From the human T2T-CHM13v2.0 reference genome, Homo sapiens: a stretch of DNA of 64,000 bases. The stretch lies in NCBI RefSeq assembly GCF_009914755.1, contig NC_060930.1. One strand, given 5' to 3'. Below, piece after piece: positions 31,557 through 44,195 of the stretch (position 1 is its first letter; each line of letters starts with the position of its first letter). Both the position numbers and the translations under genes were made by a program. The notes beneath the pieces are model-generated. The model did no database searches. It saw only the letters and a program-made list of their open reading frames with translations, and was not told the origin of the DNA.

Positions 31557-33139
31557 TGAGCGGCAAGGGGTGCGTGAGCCAGCAAGATCAGGGTGCGGTC
31601 AATGGGCACAGTCAGGCGCACTAGCTGGGCTGGAGGAGAAGCTCCAGGCACCGGCACAGGCGCTGGCTGTGTGGAAGGCTGCGGCTGAACCAGCCATACC
31701 AAAAGCAGCTTCTGCTGCTGGCACAGGGAAACATGGCGGTGCCTGAAAGCTTGGAGACGCTAGTAACCGCAGAGCCCCCCAAGAGAGTTACAGCTTGTCA
31801 CAGCCTAGGCTTAGGGAGCCCCGAGTTCTGGGCCTCCAGTAGGGCCGCAGCTCTTCTCTCCTTGTAGCCCAGTGTGGCGAGAGGCGGGTGGGGAGGTGGG
31901 GCATGGTGCAGCCCGTTTGTGTTACAGCTCCTTCAATTCTGCCACCCCTGGGCTGGCCCAGCCCTGCCACTGCTTCCTGTCATGTGGGGCAGCTGCCCAG
32001 CCTAGGCAAAGAGCAGGAGACCTATAGTGTTACAGTATCTCTGGCTAGGGGAATCCCAAGGTCTGGACCCCCAGGAGGGTCACCACCCTTTACTCCCGCA
32101 GTCCAGGAGTGTGTCACCATCTGCAGCTTGGTGAGCTGGCCAGGAACATGTTACAGCTCCTTTTGCTCTGGCCGTTTGGTGGGTCCTGAGTTCTTTTCCC
32201 GCATCCTGGAAGAATGAAGTTACGTGTACAATTGGGCGTGAGCAAGGCAGAGAGGAGCTTTACTGAGTAACAGAACAGCTCTCAGGACACCCTAACGGAT
32301 CCTTACCATAGGCAGGTCATCCCGAAGAGTGTGTGTACGAATCCAGGGATTTTTATGGACTCAGAATAGAGGAAGTGCATGCTGATTGGTCCATGGGCGG
32401 TCATGGGTGGGCCTGGAAAAAGCACCATCCGATTGGCCGAAAGGCATCAGTGAAGTTCTCACTCTGGGTCCTGGACTCCACAAGGAACTGACAGTCCGGC
32501 CTGCAGGCTTCAGGCCATCCCTCGCTTGAAGGTGGGGTTTCACTGGGGACCCGCCCCTTCCCGCCCAGGAACCTGTCTGCCTCCTGTTACCATCAACATG
32601 CGGTTTATGACGCTCAGGCTGTCTGTGCTGTGGGGCACCTGTAGGTCTGTGCTGAGCTGCCTTCAGCTCCCCTGCCCTTCAGCTCCCCCGCCCTTCAGCT
32701 CCCCCACTTCCTTCCCACGCTTGTTGGCACCCAAAATCTGGAGGAAGCGAAGGCAGCAGGAGGCCGGCCTGGGCCTGTCAGTGCCGCCCTGAGCATGCGC
32801 ACACCTTGCTGGGTTGCTACAGTGCCTGGGCTCTGACACAATTTTGCTCTGCACCAGGTCGGGTGCCAGGGAGCAGGGAGAGGTCGGGGAGCGGAAGCAG
32901 ACACTTCTGAGCCTGTGGAAGAAGGGGGCTTCCTGGGGCCCCGAGAGTGCGGGGATGCCCAGGTTCAGAGCTGCAGCTGCGCCCAGGAGGGCGGGCTGCT
33001 GCCCCAACAACTCGGTAGGGCTTGGAGCTTCTGCTGGAATCACCTATTCCCAGTCCGCACTGGCTCTGTGGAGTGCACAGCACTGGCTATGCCTCCCCCG
33101 CTGCAGCTAGCGTCCTCACAGTGGCCACCACTGCCATCA
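31557..33139 (-). mobile_element. MER52A-like ERV1 LTR (GC-rich), 3' end missing
   Basis: Minus strand starts TGATGGCAGTGGTGGCC...GCTGCAGCGGGGGAGG at 33139, matching the MER52 5' end as recalled. Repeated TGTAACA units. No LTR terminus or TSD at the left edge. Confidence 0.8.
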
Positions 33140-33866
<727 letters not shown>

Positions 33867-33870
33867 TACT

Positions 33871-33883
33871 TGGTGTCAGAAGT
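33871..33883 (+). other. Retroviral primer-binding site (tRNA-Leu)
   Basis: TGGTGTCAGAAGT is complementary to the tRNA-Leu 3' end (ACTTCTGACACCA) and lies 4 nt after the LTR end. Confidence 0.8.
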
Positions 33884-34034
33884 ATAGTTTCAAAGCTGAA
33901 TCACCTCAGGGAGAATCACTGTGAAGAACTATGAAATGAGGTACCTGTACTTGGCCCCTTGATCCCCTCCTGTTTGCCTGGGTTGCCTTTTTCCCCCTGG
34001 TGAATCTCTCTTGGACCAAACTCCCCCAACTGTT

Positions 34035-34035
<1 letters not shown>

Positions 34036-34066
<31 letters not shown>
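34036..34066. repeat. (TTG)n microsatellite
   Basis: About 10 TTG units, giving the poly-Q run in track ORF 33906..34181. Confidence 0.95.
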
Positions 34067-34067
<1 letters not shown>

Positions 34068-36934
34068 TGAGTTCATTTTATTTGGGATTTGGTTGGGGAG
34101 GTGGCTTACCTTCCATGTTTGAGAGAGGTATTTTCCTCTTTGGTTGAGAGATCTCCTGTTGGGGAGGACTCTTTTCCTCATGGCATATCTCAGCTGCAGG
34201 TCTGCATGAAGGGATTTTTCCTTTTGGGTGGTGGCATCAGTGAAGGGATTTTTTTTCCTTTAGTTGGAGAAGGTGGCTTATCATCCTTCTTAGTAATGTA
34301 CTTTGTTTTCCATTCGTGTTTGTGTTTATTTGATTTTTGCATATTCAGCACTTGCATTTAATTGGCTTTTGTTTATTTGACATTAAACCAAATCACCTAG
34401 ATAAATTTAGTTAGAATTGGGCTCCCAAAGTACAAAGACATAACAAAATATTTTCTGGGACTCCAGTCGGTAACATGTTCATTCAAACAGTCTGTTGTCC
34501 TTAAAACTATACTAAAAGGCCATGGCTAAAAGCTCATACACTCCAAAAAAGACTGACAGCTCAATTGATAATACTGATACTTACAAAAAAGGAAAAACAA
34601 ACAAGATTCAGGACTCGAAGTTTGCCTTGCTACTAAATACTATCTCAAAGCTAGGTGAGATAGTATGTGCTTCCTATCTGGAATTTCCCCCTCCTCTTTC
34701 TACAGTTCCTCCTCTTTATCCTTCTTAAGCTAAACTCTCTGTTTCCAAAATTCTTAAGCTATTTTGGCATACTGACTATTTAAGTAAAAACAATTGAAAA
34801 CCAGCAGATATAAAAAAAATGACATTCATGCTGTTTCCTAAAAGCAAAAGAAAATATTTCCATGCAAAAGATACTCTCCCTATACTAAAAGAAATGGCAA
34901 CATTCTTATCTTCAAGGACTAAAACTTGAGACCAAGAAAATACCATACAGACCTTGTTAGAATACCTCTTATCTTTTTGTCATGTAGTCACATTTTCACA
35001 GTTAACTATTCTTTGTCCAATCCATTGTATTGGTAACCAATTCAAACTGCTATACCCCAAATTTGGTTCACAGCCTTTATATGATTATCTGTTTTTAAAA
35101 ATCTTCAAGTTTAGCCTTATTTCATTTTGTCAGAAAAATAGTTTGGATCTAACTGTCTTTTATAAACCAATGAGTTTGTATGTTTTACTATCTCATGACT
35201 ACAATTCTAAAGTAAAAGCTGTAAGATCTTTATTTATGGGTATGTATATATGTTTATTATATTTATCCACATGTACATGTATTATGTTGTATGTTGTGAC
35301 TACATAATAAATCTGGCATAGTCAGCCAGAAATCTTTTAAGGAATACATTTAAATAAATGAGTACTCATGTCAAATGTATAGTAATTAATTCAAATTTCT
35401 TTTTAGTTTACTTAAGTACGTCTTTGATAAATTAACTGGTTTAAAAATTGTTGATAAAATTAGAAATGTTTTCACATTTCACAAAGTTAGAAATGTTTTC
35501 AATAATGAATGTACATTTTTGCCTGGCTTAATTTACTGATTAAACAGTTTTGTATTTGCCTCTGCTAGATGTTTTAAGGTCATGAAGCTGTATAACCAGA
35601 CTAAAAGAAAATGATCTTTGTTTATGCAATTCTTTGATAAAAACAATTAATTTAATATTGTTGATTTAATAAAAATAGCTGTATCTTCTGAGTTACTAAC
35701 AACATACCTATCCATTTAACTTTAAAATTCTTACTTAGGAAAACACTTGATATTCCTCTTTGGTTGAGAGATCTCCTGTTGGGGAGGACTCTTTTTCCTC
35801 AGCTGCAGGTCTGCATGAAGGGATTTTTCCCTTTGGGTCGGGGCTTCAGTGAAGCGATTTTTTTTCCTTTGTTGGAGAAGGTGACTTATCATTCTTCTTA
35901 GTATGTACTTTGTTTTCCATCCATGTTTGGGTTTATTTGATTTTTGCATATTCAGCACTTGCATTAATTGGCTTCTGTTTATAGGTTATAAAATTTATTT
36001 ATAGAAGGGCAACTTAAAATAATGATTACTTCTGTGTAAATACTCAATTTTCATAGGTAATCTAGGTGTAATTGTTAAAAAGCTAAATAAAATGGGTAAT
36101 TGTAAATGGAATAAATGTTTATAAATGAAGCTTTTATGTAATTTAAAATCTTAAAATTATGTTAAATTAACAAATAGATATTAATTAAATTTCTTAGTCA
36201 TGTCCAAACAAGATAAAAATATATTTAGCTCTACTAATAGAAATATACATTTAAGGAAAAATAATTTTGTATGATAAATAATCTTATATAGTGAATTTTT
36301 GTACTAAGATAAAATTAATAATAAATTTTTTTTAAATGAATGACTTAGAGGTTAAGAAAATATAAACAGTCTAAACAAGTCAAAGAGGATTTGTAAAGGA
36401 TGGGCCTTATAAAGGACGTTTTATGTGTGCTTCGATAAGCTGAGACTAAAAAGAAATTATTTATGTGTTTTTCTAAAAATTAAACATTGGTGGCAAGGAA
36501 GCACTGTTATAGTACCAGGGCCTGTTCGTATATACTGCAAACAAAGTTTTCTTGAAGTATTGACCTGCTCTTAATAAATTTGCCAACAGGTTTTGATTTT
36601 TTATTTTAAAATCTGTTTCTTTAATGCCATCTTCTAAACTGCAGACAGTTTCTATTTCTGCCACATTTCTTGCTGAGATGTATTTAATTTTTCTAGTTTC
36701 AAATTTAAAATGCTGCCCTTTTCTTTTACAATAATAATTTCATTTCTTGAGATAAAGTTTTCCTTTTGCAATTTCTCAGATTTATAGCTCAGAAGTTCAA
36801 ATTTTGCTGTATCTCAGTGCACGTGATTTGCAGTTTTACATAATCATGGCTATACACAACAGAATGGCATTCTATTCTTTCTCCTCTTAAAAAGCTATAT
36901 CTTTTTCCTTTGGCTGAGGGGATAACTCTCTCAA

Positions 36935-36936
<2 letters not shown>

Positions 36937-36973
<37 letters not shown>
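36937..36973. repeat. Poly-T tract (37 nt)
   Basis: Uninterrupted T run with no adjacent Alu body. Confidence 0.95.
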
Positions 36974-36974
<1 letters not shown>

Positions 36975-37536
36975 TCAACTCTTGTAACTTATTTCTCCAC
37001 TTCTAACTCTTGTGTTAGTGGCCTGATGCTAAAATGTTTATTTTAAAGACCTAGAAAAGCAATGCTTTCCTCCAATATAATTAGATTCTATACACTTGGC
37101 TTTTCTTTATGTTTCTAAATTGTTCCATGTAACCAGAAAACTTCCCATGCTGTTATTAAGAGCTCAAGATACTAGTTTTCTTGTTTACATTCCTCTATAA
37201 TATAGTGTACTCTCATAACCTTAGACACATTCTTTCTGTGTCTAGTATAATTCAAGGAACTTTTTCATCAAGTTTGACTTCCAGGTTACCTAAATGAGCT
37301 TCCTGTAAGGGGAAACAATGACTGCATAGGTTTTTCTTTCCTTTCTAGTAACTAACTTAAAGAAAGATAATAAATTTTATCAAGGTAATTGCTACATTGT
37401 CTTTCTTGGGTTTTGGGTTACTTAGGAAAACTTAGCTTTTGAAGGATTAAGGTTTGTAATCCATGTAAATTTCTACATTGCTTTTGAAGTCTTCTGATTA
37501 TTATTCTAGTTAAATGAATATTATATAATACTACAA

Positions 37537-38256
37537 TGAGAGGTGAAGCCAGCTGGGCTTCTGGGTAGGGTGGGGATTTGGAGAACTTTTCTGTCTAGCT
37601 AAAGGATTGTAAATGCACCAATCAATGCTCTGTGTCTAGCTAAAGGTTTGCAAACACACCAATCAGCACTCTGTCAAAACAAACCAATCAGCACTCCGTA
37701 AAACAGACCATTCAGCACTCTGTAAAATGGGCCAGTCAGCTCTCTGTAAATTGGACCAATCAGCAGGATGTGGGTGGGGCCAAATAAGGGAATAAAAGCT
37801 GGCCACCCCAGCCAGCAAAAGCAAGTCGCTCAGGTCCGCTTCATCAGGCTGGAGGTTTTGTTCTTTTGCTCTTCCCAATAAATCTTGTTGCTGCTAACTC
37901 TGGGTCTGCACCACCTTTAAGAGCTGTAATACTCCCTGCAAAAGTGGACTTTCACTCCTGAAGTCAGCGAGACCACCAACCCACAGGAAGGAAGAATCTC
38001 CGGACACGTCTGAACATTGGAAGGAACAAACTCTGGACACACCATCTTTAAGAACTGTAACACTCACCATGAGGGTCCGTGGCTTCATTATTGAAGTCAG
38101 ACCAAGAACCCAACAGAAGGAAGAAACTCTGGGCACGTCGGAACATCGGAAGGAACAAACTCTGTACACACGATCTTTAAGAACTGTAGCACTCACCATG
38201 AGGGTCTGTGGCTTAATTCTTGAAGTCAGACCAAGAACCCACCAATTCCAGACACA
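37537..38256 (+). mobile_element. ERV9 solo LTR (short LTR12 type)
   Basis: TGAGAGGTGAAGCCAGCTGG start, CCAATCAGC repeats, AATAAAAGCTGGCC promoter, ...CCAGACACA end. Flanks ACAA/GCAG are an imperfect TSD. Confidence 0.93.
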
Positions 38257-41200
38257 GCAGTGACCTATGACTCTGTTTTGATCAAGCATTTTGAGCCTTT
38301 TGACATGTTTGGCTAATTGTCCCAAAATCAAATTCTGAAATTCATGTAGTTTTATTCAATTTGGAAAGTATTATAACATCTGTTTAAGTTTTACTGTGGC
38401 CTAAAAATACTGATTTTTAGTTGTGCTACATTAAAATTTTCTGTACATCTTTTTTACTTCCTAATAAATTTTAGTTATTTTTAAAGGTCATAAAAGGTTT
38501 AATTGAGAACTCCATTTGAACTTGATATTAATACTCTTGTTTGGTTGCAAAGAGCAAAACTAAATGAGAACTATTTTAACTAAAATGAGGGTTTATAGAA
38601 AGAATAGTTTTCAAGTTGAATAAAAGTATATATGGAAATAATAAATGTTAGAGTTAATAAAAGACATGAGTTATATAGTTTTCTTCAAACATTTTATAAA
38701 ATAATTTCAAATGAAATAAAGTACCCCATTCCTTCTCTCATGTTAACAAACATTTAAAATATGATAATACAAATGTAAACAAAAGTGCAAAGGAGGAAAC
38801 TGAAATATAACTAGAAGAAATCCTTTGGAAGAAATTGAGCAACTCCTATACAAAACATCTAAGAGTGTATATGATATTGATCTGTTACTTCAGGCATAAG
38901 AAATCTATCTTTATAATATAACCCAAAGCATGAAAGTACTGCATACAAAAAAATTCATTCTTCCCAGGCAATGTATAGGTAATGAAACAGGAGAATAATT
39001 AAACAGTATTTTTTCCAAACTGTGTTCCATTGTATGCTAACATAGATTGTACGAATAAAGTGCTCTATGCCCAAGAATATTTAAAAGATTTTTTAACACA
39101 GGAGTCTTCACTCTAAACCTTCTTGGGACATTTTATACTCATATAAATTAGGAGTTCCCAAGAGGGATGTTTACTAAAAAATTTTACCCATAGGCCATTA
39201 AACGATGGTATATGTGAAGAACAACTAATTCTGTGGAAATTGCTTGTAATTCATTTTATGTTGGAAAAAGAAATGATGAGGGCTTGTAAGGCAAGACTGA
39301 AGTTATGTGAAAGAATAGGAATGTTGTTTTAGTGGCAAGGTAATTTGGATTTCACACAAAGATTCAATGAATTGTAATGAAGATCAATCAATATTTCTTT
39401 AGATTCAAGAGGTATAGAATTCAACACAGTTTCCGTCCCTCCCAGAGAGAAAACATAAGATCTTTCACATTTAAATAGATGCAGAGAACGATGTGTTCTG
39501 GAAGTGAATGTAAGTACATTGGTTCTCAAATTTCTCATATATCCAGACTCACTATTTGTCATTGTTGTACTGTAGTTATGACACAGGGTTATTTTTATTT
39601 TCTGTTTTGTTTTTTTTTCCGTTGTAAACCCACTTTGTCTCAGATTGGGGAGAAGGTAAGTAACAGGAGTAAAGGGTTTATCAAACTGTAAACGTTCTTT
39701 CTTCATCCACACTTTAGGACAACTGCAGGAGAAAGGCCCAGGTATCATTAAAACACAAAGAAATTTCTTTTTGAGGTGATGAAAATGTTGTAAAATTGTC
39801 TGTGGTGATGGTTGTATATATCCGTGAATATGCTAAAATCCTTTGGATCATACACTTTGAATTGTATAATATGTGAATTATATCTCAAGCTTTTAAAAAT
39901 ATGTAGCATGATAAGAGAACTAAACCTTAGGAATCAGTCATGGAGCTGTAAACAGAGAAATCTAGGCCTTGGGAAAAAAGTCACTGCTGCACTGAAAGTA
40001 CGCATTTTACTCACTAGCTTGTTTACTGAAAAGCTAACTTTAAAATCACCCACTGACAAGATGTCTGCTCTAAATCAAAACGAGTTTTTTTCTCATTTGT
40101 TGGTCTTTTATTTGAAGCCAAAGAACATTACTGTGGATACACGTGGGCTATATTTACATAAAACTTTTGTCTTTAAATTCTACTAAAGTAACTTTATCAT
40201 ATTAAAATATGATATACTTTTAAAATACTTTTAATGGAGACTTTTTTAACTGTTACAATTGCTCTATACCACATGCTTCTCAGACAGTTTTTCTCTGGTA
40301 TATCTAAAAGGCTCCAAACTGTTTCATGTTCTGAGGTATTTTATTTCATATATAACCTTTCTAAAAAATTCACAGTATACTTGGAATATCCTACTTCAAC
40401 TAAGATGGGTTTCTATTATGTTGTTATTCTTCCTCTGTTTCATTAAATATATCCTGAATCTTTTATCTGCAAATTTATAATCTTATCAGTTGGCAATTAT
40501 ATTCTTCTATTAGAAGGAATCCAACTTACCTGTAGGAAAATTGCATTCTGAAATGAAGAAAATGTATTTCATGATTTAAAAATATGAATCATTGTCCACA
40601 TGAGACTCCAAGTTTTCAAATTCACTTAGAAGGAGCTGGCAGAAAATATGCTGAACTAAGATAAGTATTTTAGTGAGGAAATGATTTCATTTATTTAAAT
40701 CTGTCATTAAATATACTAAGTTTTGTGAAATAACTACATAAAACCCCAGATTTCACAGTAATTAAGTCAGTCCATCTTTGACTCTTTGTCAAAGATAAAT
40801 CAGCCTTTAATTATTAATAACTTGGCTCCCAAATTTAGCTGTACTTTACAATTTTTGGGCATCAAATCAATCACAGGACAAAACCAATGTAAAAGCATAC
40901 ATTTTTAAAAGATTTTATGATATAACTCTTTTTGGTTAAAGAGACACATTCTGAATCTTTGTTAAAATAAGAAAATTGAGTACTTATCTTAGAATTTAAA
41001 AATTACACAGATGTGTGTTCTGCCCATAGCAAAATGATTTTACAATCAGAAGAATATCCAGTGTCCTTAGAATGGTAGTTCTCATTAAAGAAAGATTGGG
41101 GCCTCCAAAATGCTAAAAAAAAGTCACTATAGGTTTATTTCATAGTTCTTTAGATGATCGTTTAGGTAAATCAATCTCAATCACCATAAGATTTTATTTG

Positions 41201-41289
41201 AATGTTCTAAATCCAGACCATCCAGGATTCACCCTTTCTGTGTCTGCATTCTTCGGTGATCTTCAGCCCTACTCAGTTTCATGCACACC

Positions 41290-42200
41290 TAGAAGAAATT
41301 CATTCTTTCAGCAACAGCATATTAAGACCACCTAAAAGATACAAAACACAGTAGCAGTAAACATGGCAGACAGTATAAAACAGATCTTATATTCTAAGGT
41401 GTGGGAGCATGGTAGACAGACAACTAACAGACTAACACATATACAACAGTGTGTCAGGTAGTGTTGTGAAGAAATCTTGAGAAAGTAAGGATAACAGAGA
41501 GTTTGTGTTCATGTGAGGAGGATTACTTCAGGGAGGATATCTCGGGGGGGGGCATCTCTGAATGAAGTGAAAGTGTAAATTAGCAAAGAAGTGGGGAATA
41601 CCATTCCAGGCGAGACAAGAAACAGCAAAAGCCTTGAGATGGCATTTTTCAATAACAAGAACTGCTGTCCAGCCAGAGAATAGTGATCTAAGAAGAGAAA
41701 GCTTAGGGAACATGGTGTATTATTGGCTAATTGTGACCCCTCAAAATTCATATGTTGAAATCCTAACTCCTAGTCTCTCAGAATGTGACTGTTTTTGGCA
41801 ACAGGATGTTTAAAAGTAACTAAGGTAAAATAAGGTCATTAGAGTGGGCCATAATACAATATGACTGGTGTCCTTATAGGAGGAGATTTGTACACAAAAA
41901 GGCACAGGAGAAAGACAGTAATTTACAAGCCAAGGGGAGGCTTCAGAAAAAAATAACCCTGCTGACATTTTGATCTCATACTTCTAGTCTGTAGACCTGT
42001 GGTAAGCTTATGTTGTTTAAGCTACTCTCTCTGCTGTAATTGTTTATGGTAGCCCTAGCAAACTAATGCAAGGTTGAGGAAGTAGTCAAGAGTTAGATGA
42101 AGTGGGGCCTTGGGTTAGTATTTGGCTTTAATTTTGAGATAGATGGGAAATTATTGGATAGTATTCAGGAGGAAATGAGATTATTGAATTTCTTTTCAAA
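41290..42200 (-). mobile_element. L2 fragment interrupted by MLT1A
   Basis: TTCATTCTTTCAGCAACAGC start, with TTCCAGGCGAGACAAGAAACAGCAAAAGCCTTGAG and GAGATAGATGGGAAATTATTGGA L2-like motifs. Confidence 0.6.
41717..42070 (+). mobile_element. MLT1A/B-type MaLR solo LTR
   Basis: CCCCTCAAAATTCATATGTTGAAATCCTAACTCC...TATGGTAGCCCTAGCAAACTAATGCA. Confidence 0.85.
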
Positions 42201-43237
42201 GACGTCCCAACAGGTGGGTAGGACATTTCATGGAAGAGAGTATACTCTAATAACAGCCTTCACACCACAACTAATGTGAGCATGGCCTCCATCTCAAAGG
42301 CACATCATCAGTCTCTGGACTTAGCTTTGACATTTGTGAGAGCCCAAAATAGTAGTAACCTTGGAAATGATTGAGAGAGGAATGAAGGAGAGAGAAGTAT
42401 TTTTATATGCAAAAAGGCATAAAAATAAAAAAAATCCCAATTTTGAAATTATACACATACCTTGTCACATTGTGATTTTAGGATAATTAACAGAATCTGG
42501 GTAGTTTTATTAAAAGAGAGGCTTGAGAATATTGATATTAAAGAATTTTACTGAAAGTAATATTTTATTTGGAGTTTAATGTGAACTTAATTTATATTTT
42601 ATAAAGCAAATTAATTGTTATACTATTAAAATACTATAATAATGTATCTTACTCTGAAAAAAAAATTCAACATTGATTAAAATCAAGTGTATTCTCACAA
42701 ATAGAGTTTTTCAAAATGTGATAACAAGTCTTCAAAAAATCTTTTCTTTCTTTATTACATTTTTATTTGAACCTAAAAAGTCTCTTCACTAAAATACAAA
42801 AATTGGGGTCTATGTTAGAATATTTTAGTTTTGTTTATATTGAATTCAGCACATTAGAACTCTAGTAACTTCAAATAATTTACATCAGTATAAAGGAATG
42901 GTCATAGATACACAATGGATGGATTTACATATGCATTTCAATCTGGTATCAATTCATTCAAATCAGCAACGCATAAGAATAGCCAAAAAGAAAATGCTGC
43001 TGTGACTAAATGTAAGGTTCTTAAAATGGTAGTAGAAAAAATATGTACAATAATACTTAAACAGTATTTTATTTAAACCTATCAAATACCATTTTCAAGA
43101 AAATAGAAATAAATACACTTGTTTACAAGCATGTTTACTAGGCACAAAGAAATGCAAAATATAATTCAGTGTTATTTAATATGAGTTTTCATCAACAGGC
43201 ACATTTCTCAAATAACTTCCTGGAAATGGCATTACTG

Positions 43238-43818
43238 TGTTAAAGCAAAAAAGTTGCAGGGGACAAGATCAGCAGACCAAAGTTGATTTTATTCCGATAT
43301 TATTGACAGCAATAAGTGAGAGAGCACAGAGCAATTCTGGATACCCAGATCCAGCTCCATACCAAGATAAAGGGCTAGAGGGTTTTTTAGCACTGGAGTG
43401 ACCTAGCAAAAAAGTTCTGGAAGACATTAATGGGGTAGTTGATCAATGAAATGTGTTGAGTACATTGAGTTATTCTTGAGTTTACAAATGGTTTTCTCTG
43501 GGCTTAGGCTATCTGTGTTTGCTAATTGGTGTCCACTTCTTCCCTCCCACAGATACTGAGAGATAGAAGCACTCTCTTCCTTAATGATTACATTTCAAAG
43601 GGCTGGTTACCAGGCCCTCTGGAAAAGCACTCCTAGGTTGTAAAATTGCAAGAGGCTGAGAGCGATTTACATACATTTAAAATTGGCAGAGAAAAAATAC
43701 ATACTTGCAAATTTTCTTGTCAATGCTCTAACAAAAGAGAAGATGGAGGCCTATAGTCAGTATGAAACCTGTCTAAAGTTTAGTCAAGCTGAGAGGAACA
43801 TTAAGCCAGTTTAGGTCA
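43238..43818 (-). mobile_element. ERV1 solo LTR (MER67/MER31-like)
   Basis: TG...CA termini and perfect 4-bp TSD ACTG (43234-43237, 43819-43822). Minus strand begins TGACCTAAACTGGCTTAATGTTCCTCTCAGCTTGACTAAACTTTAGACAGG. Confidence 0.8.
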
Positions 43819-43994
43819 ACTGCAAGGTAGGTCACATTAAGCATTTTAGTTAAATTTATTTTTTAAAAAATTTTAGGATTAATGATTGTAGTTTTAGGTT
43901 TTAGTATGTCATTTTCTTAAAAGTAGGTATATCACATAATTTTACACCCTCCTCAATTCTTATATACAGCAACATGCAGAAGGAAATATTTTTA

Positions 43995-44195
43995 GTTAGG
44001 GAGAGTATGGGCTTCAGAAATTACCCTGACCCAAATCTGCCGCATAATAACTGTGTGACCTTCAGTACATGGTAACCTTCTTCTGTCTTGTAAAATGAAA
44101 ACAATGATAGCCATCTTACACAATCTTTGGCTAAATCTAACAACATATTATTGTAAAACATCTAATATACTGACTAGCACAAATAAGACAGCTGT
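43995..44195 (+). mobile_element. MIR SINE
   Basis: Core CTGTGTGACCTT...CTTCTGTCTTGTAAAATG. Confidence 0.65.

Larger units (their letters stand above)
33884..38340 (+). mobile_element. MER4-group (ERV1) non-autonomous internal region, decayed
   Basis: Follows the PBS. AT-rich MER4-int-like motifs (AATTCTAAAGTAAAAGCTGTAAGATCTT; CAAGTTTGACTTCCAGGTTACCTAAATG). Resumes after the LTR12 insertion. No 3' LTR seen. Confidence 0.7.

Noticed and set aside
39470-39665. Possible micro-exons (AG...GTAAGT at ~39479-39515 and ~39644-39661)
   Set aside because: Splice-like motifs are expected by chance. There is no ORF continuity or transcript evidence available.
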